From Gracilinanus agilis (Eukaryota): DNA of 64,000 bases. This document shows, piece after piece, positions 49,900-62,714 of this stretch. Numbering within the stretch: the stretch's first letter is position 1; every line of letters starts with the position of its first letter. The notes below the pieces were generated by a model. The model searched no databases. It saw nothing but the letters and a program-made list of their open reading frames with translations, and was not told the DNA's origin. The position numbers and the translations under genes are program-made. Where the stretch lies: contig NC_058133.1 in assembly GCF_016433145.1 (NCBI RefSeq), positions 398,457,195 to 398,521,194 on the forward strand, read 5' to 3'.

Positions 49900-51150
49900 G
49901 ATATCTTTTGATTTTTATCATCTAACTTACCTTTTGTAACCTTTCTCTCCATTCTTTCTAGAGAGGCATCTCTTATAAAAAATTCATTTAAACAAGAAAA
50001 CAAAAATTTGATGAGAAAAAGTCAGTAAAGCTTTTCCTACCAAATTTAGCAAACAATTTAAATATCTAAAGATCCTCTACATTTGTAAAGGAGTGGGGAA
50101 AGGTATCTCCTCCTATCTCCTCTTTAGGACCAGGATTGTTCTTTGTAATTTTTTATTGTTTTATTGTTCTTTCCATTTATCGTTATAATTATTGTATATA
50201 TTGTTTTCCTTATCTAGCTTATTTATTTTGCATGAGTTTCATGATTTTCTATATCCATTATATTTACTGTAGTATGATAATAGTCATATACTACAGTTCG
50301 CCTATCCCTTCCCCAAACAATGGCTATCTACTTTATTTCCAGTCCTGTGCTATATTAAAAAATGCTATTATAAATATTTTGGTATATATGGGGTTTCTCA
50401 TTCATTTCTGACCAAAGCTCACTGTCCATTTGCAATGTTTGTCATATAAACCAACACACACATACACTTATGTGTGTGAATACCATATATTCTGTGTGTA
50501 TATATGTATGTGTATGTGAGTATACATATATATCTCAATAGGTAGTTCAATTAATTATGTATTGAACTCTGAATAATAAGCATTCTTCATCTACTTGGTT
50601 TTCTACTTCAAGCTAGTTGTTAGACTTTCTTTTTTAGCAAATATGGATATAACTTAGGAGACTATAATATATTTGACTGGATGAATTAACACAATGTCCT
50701 TTTTTAGAGAGGTACATCTGGAGGACCATATTCAAAGGGAACCTCTCTTCTGTTATCATACAATGCATATTTCCATGTTTGTCTTGTGAAGGAAGATACA
50801 TTGCTTACATTAGAGAAAAGTTCATGGAGGAAATAGAATGAAGAATAGTATCTTTTAGTTAGCATTTGGACTGTGTTCCTTCTATGGTAGAGGATATCCC
50901 TTTTTTGCCATGAGTCTCTTGGAGTTGTCTTGCATCCTTGCCTTGTTGATAATAGTTCTCATTCACAATTGATCATCATATATTATTGTTGTTACTGTGT
51001 ACAGAGTTCTCCTGGTTCTTCTCATTTCCCTTTGCATCACTTCATATGTCTTTCCAGGTTTTTTTTTGTGATCATATCATTAGTTATTCCTTATGTCACA
51101 ATATACTCCCCTTTCTTATGCTTGACTAAAATATTAATAATCAAAGTTTT
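49900..51150 (-). mobile_element. Old L1 3' UTR-type fragments
   Basis: ccaggattgttctttgtaattt; gttctcctggttcttctcatttccctttgcatcacttcat. Confidence 0.5.
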
Positions 51151-54100
51151 TCCCCAAAAGTAATCTCTGTCATCTTATCTACTGAACTAAGGAATATTTT
51201 ATGATCTTAACATTATGCTCCAACATTAAGAATGTCAACAGTTAAATTATTGTTTGTTGATTATTTAAGAACTCTGTAATTCTTGATACTCTCTAATATA
51301 TGGTAATCTATTCTCTTTTTATTTAAAAGTACTTTATTTGTCAAGAGTTTTCTCTTGAGGATACAGGAAGGTTGACTCTAGTTCAAGTGGCATATTAATA
51401 TATAATCAAAGTCTGGTGATTTATTGGTTTTTGAGAACAAGGACTGTATCTTGTTCATCATTTTTTTTCTTTGTGATGATGTGCACAGACATTTAATACA
51501 TGTTTTTTGAGCAAATGAATAAATCCAGGGACAGAAAAAGATAAGAGTCTAAAGAACCAAGAACATTCATTTTAGGTTTGTATGGTAGAGTAATTTGGTA
51601 ATTTGTCAGATAGCATAAGTTTGACCTTTGTTTCCTAGTATGATGGGGACTGATCCATGTGCAGAGCATATCAGTGTGCTCTGGTTGATATAAATTCCTC
51701 ATATAAGAGAGGCTGAAGAGCTTGCTTCTAGGGGAATCATGATTCGGAATGGAAGTGCTTGGAGAGATTGTGAAGCAGTTATAACAGATATTCTGTAACT
51801 GGTTCAAATCTGCTAGCCACATGGTTAGGAGAAACCTTTTTTTTTTTTTTAAACGTATCTGAGTATGCTGGAACTGGGAATTGTAAAGAAAGCCATGCTC
51901 TGATGCTTATACTCCTTTACTGTTTGCATCCAGTAAGAGCCCTAACAGGAGAGTCCTTGAATCTTTTCCCTTCCTTGGTGCTTGTTCTTTTCAGTTTTAG
52001 ATAAAGGGAGAACAATATCTCAGTCTGCCAATATCTGGATTTTGTGGCCAATTATATATTGATGCTCTTAAGTGCAATGAGTGACCTGCTGAAGTGACCT
52101 TCAAAACACAGTCCACTCGTAGTTGTTACAGGGGCTCATTTGGCCTTTGGATGTGAGCATGATAACAAGGATGCTGTATGAAAAATAAACTAACAATGTA
52201 TGTGGTCTCCCCAGAAAGCATGATAGAATAGGAAAAGTATACCCTGAAGTAGAGTGTAGAAATGTGAGTAAATTTGCTCTTTTAATATCTTTGAAATATC
52301 TTTTTATATACTAATTGATAGAGTGGTTAAATGAAATTAGAATGCTATTTACTAGTATCCATTAGTGGGAGGAATTCAGCTGATATGGGCTTGAGAAGTT
52401 AGTGAGAGAGAAGGTATATCCTAAACTCCTCAGGGTACCAAAAGGAAGATGTAGCAGCCAGACCCATCCATAGTGAACCTTAGCACATCCAATGTTTCAG
52501 TGTTGTTGAGAAACTCCAATACCCATAAGACGTGGATCAGCTGATGGTAATAAATGGCATATTAAATAGGACATTGTGGTTAAAGTCAAGAGCTGAGTTT
52601 ATTTGTAACTTATTTACGGAGTAGGGACTATTGAGTTTTGACTGTTATCTGGGGTCTTGAGTGTTTTGCCTTCTGATAAAGTGGATAGCTATTATTTAGA
52701 TGTAAATCTAATTGCAGACATGATTTGACTTTTGGCAATAATGAGTTCTCAAAAATGATGAAATAAATGGTTATCTTTTGCTTTGTTGGAAAATCACTTA
52801 GATCATTTGTCATTTTAGTTTACGAATGTGGCCAAGTCCTTCAGTCTGTCTTGCCAGCTGTTGCTTACAGGTACTTTAACCCATAGAATCAAAGAAAGCT
52901 TTCGCTTACTCTACCCACTTTCCCATAAATCTATATCAAGCATCTTAACAATATTAGAAAAGTAGATTGTAATGGAAAAAATGAGAGTAATCCTGTACAC
53001 ACAGTAATTAACTCTTTTAAAACAGAGTTATTAGGACAATCCTTAGGAAATAAGACTTTTGAAAGGAGAAAAGACTGTATCAAAGAAAATTTTGTCATTG
53101 AATAACATTTAATGATGATTCAAAAAGCCTGAAATGCCTTCAAAGAAAGTATAAATATCAATCTAATTAGAAGAATGCACATATACCGAATTGCATGCAA
53201 TAGGTATTATATCATAGATCATAGAGCACATTGTGTTCGAAAGGGGAAATATGATGAAAAATTTTGGTCAAATTCCATTACAACAAATTCCATTGCAATA
53301 GACAATGTTTTTCTGGAAAAGAAGAACACAGTAACATATTTAGCTCTCTAGATGACACCAATTGTGGTGAAATATTAAAATGACCAGACATTAGGTACAA
53401 AACGATTCCTTCAAATTCTGGGAATGGGCAAAAGAGTGAGCTTCAATTTGGGCAAATGCAGGGACATCTATTAATATATTTGGGGCATTTTACCTTGAAG
53501 TGGGATTTAAAGAACTCTTTCTTGTCTTTAGAAAAGGACATTTGTGGCTATTATTAAAAGTTATTTTGACTCCTATGTTATATGTAGGTCACTGACTATT
53601 TAGTTTGGGCTTTTGGGGGGCATAGGATAGGTTCTTGAATATCTTGATTTTGATAGAGTGGACAGATATGATTTAAAAAGAAATCCAGTGGTGAACAACC
53701 TTAATCATTTTGCCTCCATGAAGTAACTTTTTAGATTTGTCATTGTATGGAAGAGTCTCTGCCGTTTTGAAGAGTATAGCAGAAAGGAAAAAACTCAGCA
53801 AGTCCTACCATGTTGGAAGGTCTTTAAGCATAGCTTCAGAAATGGCCTCTCTCTGCCTTGTGAGAACCAGCCTTGTAAAGTACAGAAGGCATAGCACTTG
53901 GTTCCTTGGTATGGAATTCTGTTATTATAATACAAGAACCAAAGGATAATGTAAAATGGTTCTTGATTCTGTATGACCTCCTTTTTCTACTCTGATAGGG
54001 AATAGGATATTAATAAAGATATGCTTTTTAGCTATGTAGACATAGATTTATACATCAGTATTAAAAATATCAGTTCCTTGTTCAATAACCAATAATAAGC

Positions 54101-54940
54101 ATACTATTGGAGGAACTGAGTTCTATTGATCTTGATATGCCCACAAAACTGTAACAAAAGATGGGCGATTTCTAAGATCCTAGCACAGGAAAAAAATAAA
54201 TATCCTTCTTCTCATCTGGGTTCATGATTATTCCCCTTTTCCAACACCAGAGTGACATGATAAAAAGGATAATATGCGTTTTTATATTCCCTCTTTCTTC
54301 CCTACTTTATTCTATTTTCCTCTGCGATGGCAATGCTGGTACCTGAGTTAGAGGCAGCAGCACCAGCATGAACAAACATCAGTGTGATGCTGGAACAGTT
54401 AAGGCTAAGCTAGACCATGAGAATAAGGACCAGGGGTAGGAGTATGGCAGCTACTATGACTTTTGTTTGTCTGTAGAGTTGATGGAAATGCTGCACTCTC
54501 TGATTTCCTCTTAACACATGAACGCAAACAAAAAGGATAAAAAGAGAGAATGGATATCACCTTGGAGGATAATGTTAAAAAGAAAAAAAAATCATTATGG
54601 TTCCCTTTTACAAAATGATGGTAATCAGTACTGGACATACTGTAGTTAAGGTCATTGCATAGTTAAAAAACATAACAGTGACCAATAAAGAGCACATGAA
54701 ATGATTGAAAGGATTATTGAAATTTCATATAAAATATTTTTAAAAATCCAAGCTCTTCAGAATGAAGAAATAAACTTCAAAGAGGTTTATAAAATCAAGA
54801 AATATACAATGAGAGTAAAGAACATCTTGTTAACCCTATTTTAGAGTAGTGGAGTAAAGGGTGACCACCTTTAATCTTCAAAGAAATAATGTTAAAATTA
54901 AGAAAATATAGTAGATAAGATTCAGTGCTATTTGTACAAT

Positions 54941-55153
54941 ATGTTGTTGTTTGTAACCCCATTTGGGATTTTCTTGGCAAAGATACTGGAGTGGTTTATC
55001 ATTTCCTTCTCCAGCTGATATTATAGATGAAGAAACTGAGGCAAACAGGTTCATGTGAGTTACCCAGAGTCATACAGCTATTAAGTATCTGAGGCTATAT
55101 TTGAACTTAGGTCTTCCTGACTCCAGGCCTAAAGCTCTATCCACTGAACCACC
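54941..55153 (-). mobile_element. MAR1-type SINE
   Basis: ccccatttgggattttcttggcaaagatactggagtggtttatcatttccttctccagct...gatgaagaaactgaggcaaacagg...ctatccactgaaccacc. Confidence 0.88.
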
Positions 55154-56504
55154 ACTCTATCCCCTTGAAAACTTTAGAGGTTGTGAAACATGAAGATAGA
55201 AATAAGAACAAAATCAGTTTTGAATTTTTAAGAGGTGTTTAAGGATAATTGAGGTCTTCTTTAGCATTTTGAGATTAATACTATTAAGGATGATCATCAT
55301 GTCCCTTAACATGTCCTTTGGTGCCATTGTAGGAAGAAAGGAAAGAAATAAGTATTTATTAAGACTCTACTCTGTTCTAGGCTTTATACGGTGCCAAACA
55401 ATTTGAAGGACTTAGGACAGAAGATTGGACTGACATTCTTTATGCTCTTATAAACAACCCAAGAATAAAAATTTGTCTAAGTCTCCAGTCAATGATTCAA
55501 GCTGGAAATGGCATTTTTCTTTTTGGATTTGAAGTAGGATTTCAGAGGTATGAGGAACTCCCAGTTAGAAAATATCCTCTGCTAATGCAGATTTGCATCT
55601 GTTTTATAATTGCTAATGTTGGATGATTGCCTGAGGCAACAAGGAATCAAAAGACACTTCCTAGGGTCTTGTATGGAGTATGTCCCAGCAACAGGTCTTA
55701 AAGCTGGATATCCCTGATTCCTAAGTATGTTCTCATTCTCCTCCACAACTGTGTTCTGATTAAATGAAGGAACATTAGAGACCCCAACATAACCCATTTC
55801 TTGGTTAAGACTGAAGCTCAGAGTAAAGGGTCTTCCCCAAGATCACATAGAAAATTAGTGGCAGACTAGATTAGAACTGACATCTAGTTGACTCTTAGCA
55901 TACCATTCTTTCCAGTCTGCCTTTTAAATCTCATTATAATGAATTCATAGTTGGTAATCCTAAAGTCTTCCTACCAGTACTTACTAATATGTGTACCACT
56001 GATGCTGGTCCTCACTATTTGAAGGTCAGATGTATCACATTTTACTCTTCTTCCAGGGCTGTGAGGAGGATTTGGAAGGAGGAATCTAAGCTCTCTGAAA
56101 GTGGCTACATTACCCACCAATGGTGTTCTCACAAGTATAGGAGGTGTCCTTTGCACCCAAATTCCATTTAGCCACTAATACTCAAATTAGCTTTTTAAAG
56201 GGCCATTCTTTTCTCATACTCAGTTTTGTTTGGAAAGTTATTCTTGATTGTAAGTTTACATCCTTTGCTTTCTGGAATATCATATTCCAAGTTCTCTATT
56301 CCTTTATGGTGGTAGCTGCTAAATCATGGGTGATTCTCAAAATTTGAATTCTTTCTTTGGGGTTGCTTAAAATAATTTTTCTTGAGACTAGAAGCCCTGA
56401 AAAATTAGCCTTTACAAAACCATATTTATTTCAAAGATATAATAATAAATATATAGACATGCTCTCCAATGTGTGGGACATCATCCTATAGAAGACAGTA
56501 AGAT

Positions 56505-56758
56505 GGGTCAAGTGGATAGAGTGCTGGACCTTGAGAAAGGAAAATCTGAGTTCAAATCTGGCTTTAGGCAATTTTAGTTGTATGACTTTGGGCAAGTCAC
56601 TTAATTTCTATTTGCCTTAACAACAAAATGAAGATTAAAACGAAGCACTTACTTCCCAGGGTTATTGTGAACATCAAATGAGATAATATTTCTAAAGCAC
56701 TAAGCACAGGACCCAGAACATAATAGGCACTAAATAAATGCTACCTATTGTTGCTGTT
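56505..56758 (+). mobile_element. MIR/Mar-type SINE
   Basis: gtggatagagtgctggacc...tctgagttcaaatctggc...gactttgggcaagtcacttaa...cttcccagggttattgtgaacatcaaatgagataat. Confidence 0.8.
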
Positions 56759-56903
56759 NNNNNNNNNNNNNNNNNNNNNNNNNNNNNNNNNNNNNNNNNN
56801 NNNNNNNNNNNNNNNNNNNNNNNNNNNNNNNNNNNNNNNNNNNNNNNNNNNNNNNNNNNNNNNNNNNNNNNNNNNNNNNNNNNNNNNNNNNNNNNNNNNN
56901 NNN
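56759..56903. other. Assembly gap (N run)
   Basis: 145 N. Confidence 1.
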
Positions 56904-57554
56904 AGAAAGGGGACAGAGTTTAGGATCATAGTTGAGCTAAACAGAACAGTTCTTCCAGTTCTAAGCCAAATTCCCCCTCAATATTGAAACCCCTCGGTTT
57001 CTCTGGGCTTTTGGGCTTGGTTGACAAATTGTTTTACAACTTCCTAGCATTCTAGCTCCAAGGTCACTATGGCTCCAACTCCTTGGGTTGGTAGGGATTT
57101 GCTAGCACTGGAAACTGAGAATGAATGACAAATGGCAGAACAAACACAAAAAAGCCCTCAGTTCCATTTCTCAGAAGCAGGATAAAAAAAGAAGGCAAAG
57201 AGGAGAAGGAAGGAGAAGGAAAGAAAGAAGGAAAAGGAAGCCCTTCCCCTCTCACTTGTCTAAATCATGGCCCCTGTGCTATGGATAAACTCTGATCTTC
57301 ACTCTCTGGGTAGAGCACCAGAGAGTATAAGTCAGAAAAAGCAGAAGAGAGTGAAAATATCAAACTTCTCCATTTTAAAGACATATTTTATTTCTCTTAC
57401 ATAGCCAATCAAAGGGGGTTAGTTACGCTCTGTGGTAGGGGATTTAAGGATTCTCAACTTTAGGTAATCTGGGTATGCCTAGGTAAACCCTCTTAGGAGT
57501 GTCACCATGTTAGGTGATCTAGGAATGCTCTAGTTAAGCAAGACCTGTTACCTA

Positions 57555-60540
57555 AAATATTTTATTTTATTTGTTTTTAAATCATATAAAACATTTCCAT
57601 ATTAGCATATTTAAAAAAGCAAGATAAATAAAGACATAAAATTATACTTTTATACTTATAGTCCATCAGTTCTCTCTTTGGAAGTAGATAGCATTTTTTT
57701 TTAATCATGAGTCCTTTGTAATTATCTTGGATCATCATATTTATTGGAGCGATCAAATCTTTCAAAGTTGATCACCATTAGAACATTGCTGTTACTGTGC
57801 AAAATGATCTACCAGTTCTTTTCACTTCACATTAGTCTTGCCATGTTTTTCTGAAACAACCATACTTGCCATTTCTTATAGCATAATAGTATTCCACCAT
57901 AATCATTATGCCACCACTTTTTCAGCCTTTCCCCAATTGGTTAGCAACCCCATGATTTCTAATTCTTTGCTGACACAAAAAGAGCTGCTATATTTTTGTA
58001 CATGTACCTCCTTTTCCTTTTTATTTGATCTCCTTGGAATATAAACCAACCTAGTAGTGATAGGGCCTAGTTCCAAATTGTTCTCCAAATTTTTGGATCA
58101 TTTCACTACTGTACTAACAGTTCATTAGTGTAACTATTTTCTCTCATTGCTGCCAGCATTTTTTATTTTTAATAGATGTAAGGTGGTACCCAAGAATTGT
58201 TTGAATTTGCATTTTTTCTAATCAATAATGACTTTAGAGCATTTTTTATATGGAGATAGAATTGTTTTTCCTCCTCAAAACTGTCTATTCATATCCATTG
58301 ACCTTTTATCAATTGTGGAATGACCTTTATTTAATTTAATTTAATTTTTATAAATTTGACTCAGTCCTGTACTCAGCATATATTTGAAAAAATGATAAAT
58401 CTCATCAGAGACATTTGCTTTAAAATATTATTTCATTTTCTATGGTATTTTTTAACAAAATGTAGTTTCCCTGATCATCTGCTTTAATAAGGCCTATTTT
58501 TGTTTTTTCTTTGTCTGAGATCATGATTCCTATCCCTGCCTTTTCCCCCCTTCAGCTAAAACATTTTAATTTCTGTTCTAGCCCTTTATTTTAACCTTTT
58601 GTGTGTTTCTATGATTTCAGTGTATTTCTTAGAAACAACATATTGTTAGATTCTTAATCCACTTTTCTGTCTACTTCCATTTTATGAGTGAGCTCATCCC
58701 ATTCACATTCACAGTTATGATTACTATTTATTTTTCTCCATCTTGTTTTCTTGTTTCTCTTTTTATCCTTTGCCTCCTTAAAAATATTTTTTCTTTCTAA
58801 CTACTATTACCTTTAAACTGCTGTCCCTCTTATCACCCCCTCCTTTTTCTTCTTTCCCCACCCCCATTTCTATTTTGGGTAAGATAAATTTCTGTATTCA
58901 TCTGAGTGTGCATATATATTCTTCCATCTTTGAACCAACTCCAATGAAATTGAGAATCAAGCATTGCTTTTACCTTCAATTTCTCCTTATAAAAGCTCTT
59001 TCTTGTGTACATACTTCACATGAGAAAATTTTCTTCTTTATACCTCTCTCTTCCCTCCTCTCCTAGTGTATCTCTTTTTCTTATCTCTTCATATTTTCTG
59101 GAGAACATTCCAACATAATCAACTCACATCTTTGCCCTTTGCCTATGTACACTCCTTTTAACAGTCATAATGATGAAGTTCTTAGGAATTCTATATATAA
59201 TCTTCCCATATAGGAATGTAAACCATTTAATGTTCTTGAGCCCCTTACAATTACTCTTTCATGTTTACCCATTTTGTGCTTCTCTTGAGTCTTGTGTTTG
59301 AATGATAAGTTTTCTTTTTAGCTCTGGTCTTTTCATCAAGAATGCTTAAAATCCTCTATTTCATTAGGTAGCTAGTTTTTACCTTGAAGGATAATACTCA
59401 GTTTTGTTGGGTAGGTGGTTTTTCATTGTAATCTTAGCTCCTTTACCCTCTGGAATATCATCTTTCATGCCCTATACTTTAATGTGGAAGCTTTTAAATA
59501 TTGTGTGATCCTGACTGAGGCTACATGATGTTTGGATTGATTTTCTGCTTGAAGTGTTTTTTTCTTCTGGACCTGAGATCTCTGAAATTTGACTATAACA
59601 TTCCTGGGAGTTTTCATTTTGGGGATCTCTTTCAAAACTTGATCAGTGGTTCAATTTCTATTTTACCTTCTGGATCTAAGATATGCCAATTCATTACAAA
59701 TCTAAATGCTAAAGATATCAGCAATATGCTTATTAGGTTTTTGTGTTTTTAATAATGGCTTTTAGGTAGTCCAATAATTCTTAAATTATCTCACAACCTA
59801 TTTTTAAGGTCAGTTGTTTCTCTGAAGTAATATTTCATATTTTCTCCTATTTTTTCATTTTTTGACTTTGTTTTATTGTTTCTTAATGTTTCATGGAGAC
59901 ATTAAATTCTAGTTGCTCAATTCTAATTTTTAAGGAATTATTTTTTCAGTGGGTTTTAGTATCTCTTTTTCCATTTGGTCAATTCTTCTTTTTCAAGAAT
60001 TCTTTTCTTCAGTGAATTTTTGTATCTTTCTAACATAGCACAACTCTTTTTTTAAGGTATCATTTTATTTAGTATTTTTTTTTGTGCCTCTTTTACCAAT
60101 CTGTTAATCTTTTTTGTCTTGGATATGAGACCAGGGCCTCTGCACCCTAATGGCTGACCTAAATACTCCTCTCTTCCCTAGAACTGCAACCCAGAACTAT
60201 ATATGGGCAATAGAGTTGCCAATTAGTGCCAGTTGTACCCAGGGTCAGCAAAGGGTTTATTGTAATCTTTCTGATGAGTTGTTCAACCCTCTTGCTGAAG
60301 CTGTGGTTGTTGCTGCCACTTTGTGTCTGTCCTGGACAGGGTTCTACCCTGGTTCCAGAACTGTCCTGTGGATCTTCTAACCTTTTTTAGGCTGGAAAAA
60401 TGTCTCCGCTTCAAACTTTTTTTTGCTCTGGTGCCCTAAAAAATGGATTTTAAATGTTATATTTAAGTTGTTTTATGGAGAATTTTGGGAGAATTTAGCT
60501 GAGTGGCTGCCCCTCATCTGCCATCTTGACTCCTCCCTTT
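57555..60540 (-). mobile_element. About 3 kb L1-derived element retaining both ends and the start of ORF2 but missing its centre
   Basis: Antisense 3' UTR, ORF2 C-terminus, endonuclease-start motif (gagctcatcccattcacattcacagttatgatt), ORF1 and 5' UTR ending catctgccatcttgactcctccc. Confidence 0.82.
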
Positions 60541-61389
60541 CCAGGCCTATTTTCTATGGATCATAAAATATCTTAAGGCAAAATGTATTTAATATATTAA
60601 TGGGAGAAAGAAGAGTGCTCAAGGAAAAAATAGGTAATAGAACACATTCATCTTCAAATTACTCAAGAACAGTTTTTCTTATTTCCTTCCCTCTTATGAC
60701 AGACCACCAATGTCTGCTATTGAGTTTTAAAAGTCATTCTCTCACGAGGAGGGGTTTACCCTGAAGTCTCTGGTGTTTCACCCCTCAGCCCTTGCACCCA
60801 GGGAGGGCCACTCCAAGGTACACTGTGAAATATGATTCCCATTAAAAATCATTTTATGAAACTTCTGTCAGGAGAACATGTTGACATTCCCAGCAGAATT
60901 TGCTGAAATGGGATGTAACTGGTCTACATAGTGAAGTCTTGACTCTGTTTGCTGTTATTCAGAGGTGTGACTATGATCACCTCTTCTGTTTCCAAGACAT
61001 GCCTGCATTTTGGCAGCCATTAAAAACTGCTAGACTTTCAAAAATTCCCAAGTGTCCGAAATTTATCTTAACATCATTGGCATGGAAATAGCACAAGGCC
61101 ATCATTGCTTACATAATTTGTAATGCTTATTGGATTGAGCAGACAACAAAAGATCCTTTTGATTTTGCCAAATTTGGTGAATGGCAGAAAAGAATAATTA
61201 TAGTTCATATTTATAAATCTATAAAGTTTGTGAAATGATTTATATATATTATCTGGTATAAGCCTTACAATGACGCTGTGATACACATTATTCAAGAAGG
61301 GAAACAAAGACTCAGAGGATAAGTGAGCCATCTAACTTCAGAATTCATATCTAATGTTATTTTGATTACACACACTCACTGCATTGATC

Positions 61390-61510
61390 ACAAGATCACA
61401 GATTCACAGATCACAGATGACATCTGAAAAGCCATCTAATTCAACTCTTTCCTTTTTTTTTATAGATGAAGAAATTGAGACTTTGGAAGGCTGAATATTG
61501 TCCAGTATAT
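61390..61510 (-). mobile_element. MIR
   Basis: tttttatagatgaagaaattgagactttggaagg. Confidence 0.6.
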
Positions 61511-61819
61511 ATCTATATTTTATTGTCCAGAAAGAAAAAAGTGGCCATATAAATAAATGAAAACTCCTTGAAATATCAAGCAATTTCAAATTTATAATGA
61601 ATGGAGAATCATAACATTAATCTTAAAAACTTGTATCAGACCTATTTTCTACATAAAAATAAGATTGACAATTAACTAATGGATAAATACCTCTTTTAAA
61701 ACTTTCATCTTAATTATAGTTGTTAGGATATGCTGGATGAAAATTAGATGATTTCGTATATGGAAAAAAGTTCAAAATTCATATTTTTTATGGCTGTAAA
61801 ATAGGGCATGGTTCATTTG

Positions 61820-61930
61820 AAAAAGAGCTAACTTGAATCTTGGTTCTATGGTACCTCAGTTTCTTCATCTGTAAAGTGAAAAAGTTGGACTAGATTTATC
61901 TTTAAAATCCTTTTGAGTTTTAGACCTCTG
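61820..61930 (+). mobile_element. MIR3-like SINE
   Basis: cctcagtttcttcatctgtaaagtgaaaaagttggactagat. Confidence 0.65.
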
Positions 61931-62342
61931 ATACTTTGTTTTATAAGTTCTCTTGGGCATAGAGTCTTTGTTATATGAATCTATGCATCAAGCTTTAGTG
62001 TTTGGGAAAGATTTGAAATTTTGTTTGAATTATGTAGTTCCCAAGAAATGTTTTGGGGAGCTTTAAAATAATTTCTTTGAAGGGGACTAAAATTATGGGT
62101 ATAGACCAGTATCTTGCAGATACCCATCCTTCAAAAATCAGAAATTAAGGTAACTATTCATGAAGTTTCTGACTAGATTTGCAACAAAAAAATGGAGTAG
62201 TTTGGTGTTTCAAGTGCCTTTTTGGGAGAAGGGGTAGAGGGAAGTCACTGCTTCATTCATATTGAGAACACTGGCTCTCATAAATTTGTAACCTTTCATA
62301 TTACATCCTAGAATGTGACTATGGTGGTGATTGATTGAATAA

Positions 62343-62714
62343 GTCATCCTAAAATCAAACTATGATGTTTCCCTAACTGGTGAAATGGATGTTTTTGTAC
62401 CCAACTTATCAGAGTTAGTGGAATCTGACATAAAGACTAATGCCATTTTTGATAGTGCCAATTTGACAAGAGATGATGTGATCAGAAAATGACCATTAGG
62501 GTTAGGAATAATTCCAGGTAAATTGGGTGTTGAAGGAGAACCCACAGAGAGATATTTGAATCCTAGCCAATTTCTGGTAGTGATGAGCACTACAGCCAAG
62601 TGCCATAGAATTCAATGCCAAAAAGGGCCTTCAGGCACGTACGACTCCTTTCAGGAGTTATGTGTGAGCTGTGTAGGGCAGACTTTGGCCCACAGTCCAG
62701 CAGCATTTGGCTAG
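62343..62714 (+). pseudogene. Coding-like 124-codon frame with one internal TGA; unidentified exon or pseudogene
   Basis: VILKSNYDVSLTGEMDVFVPNLSELVESDIKTNAIFDSANLTRDDVIRK*PLGLGIIPGKLGVEGEPTERYLNPSQFLVVMSTTAKCHRIQCQKGPSGTYDSFQELCVSCVGQTLAHSPAAFG*; the other two plus frames are stop-rich and an antisense ORF overlaps it. Confidence 0.3.

Noticed and set aside
51635-53900. Short protein-like frames at about 51640-51800 (+), 52420-52545 (both strands) and 53690-53900 (-)
   Set aside because: Interrupted by stops, no recognisable homology, and consistent with chance or decayed ancient LINE sequence
54290-54860. Minus-strand V1R-like peptide (VLRGNQRVQHFH...AAILLPLVLILMV*LSLNCSSITL)
   Set aside because: Only QRVQH and a hydrophobic stretch match; the conserved V1R TM3, TM5 and TM7 motifs are not convincing, and T-rich strands give hydrophobic peptides by composition. 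A frameshift-aware V1R HMM search would settle it
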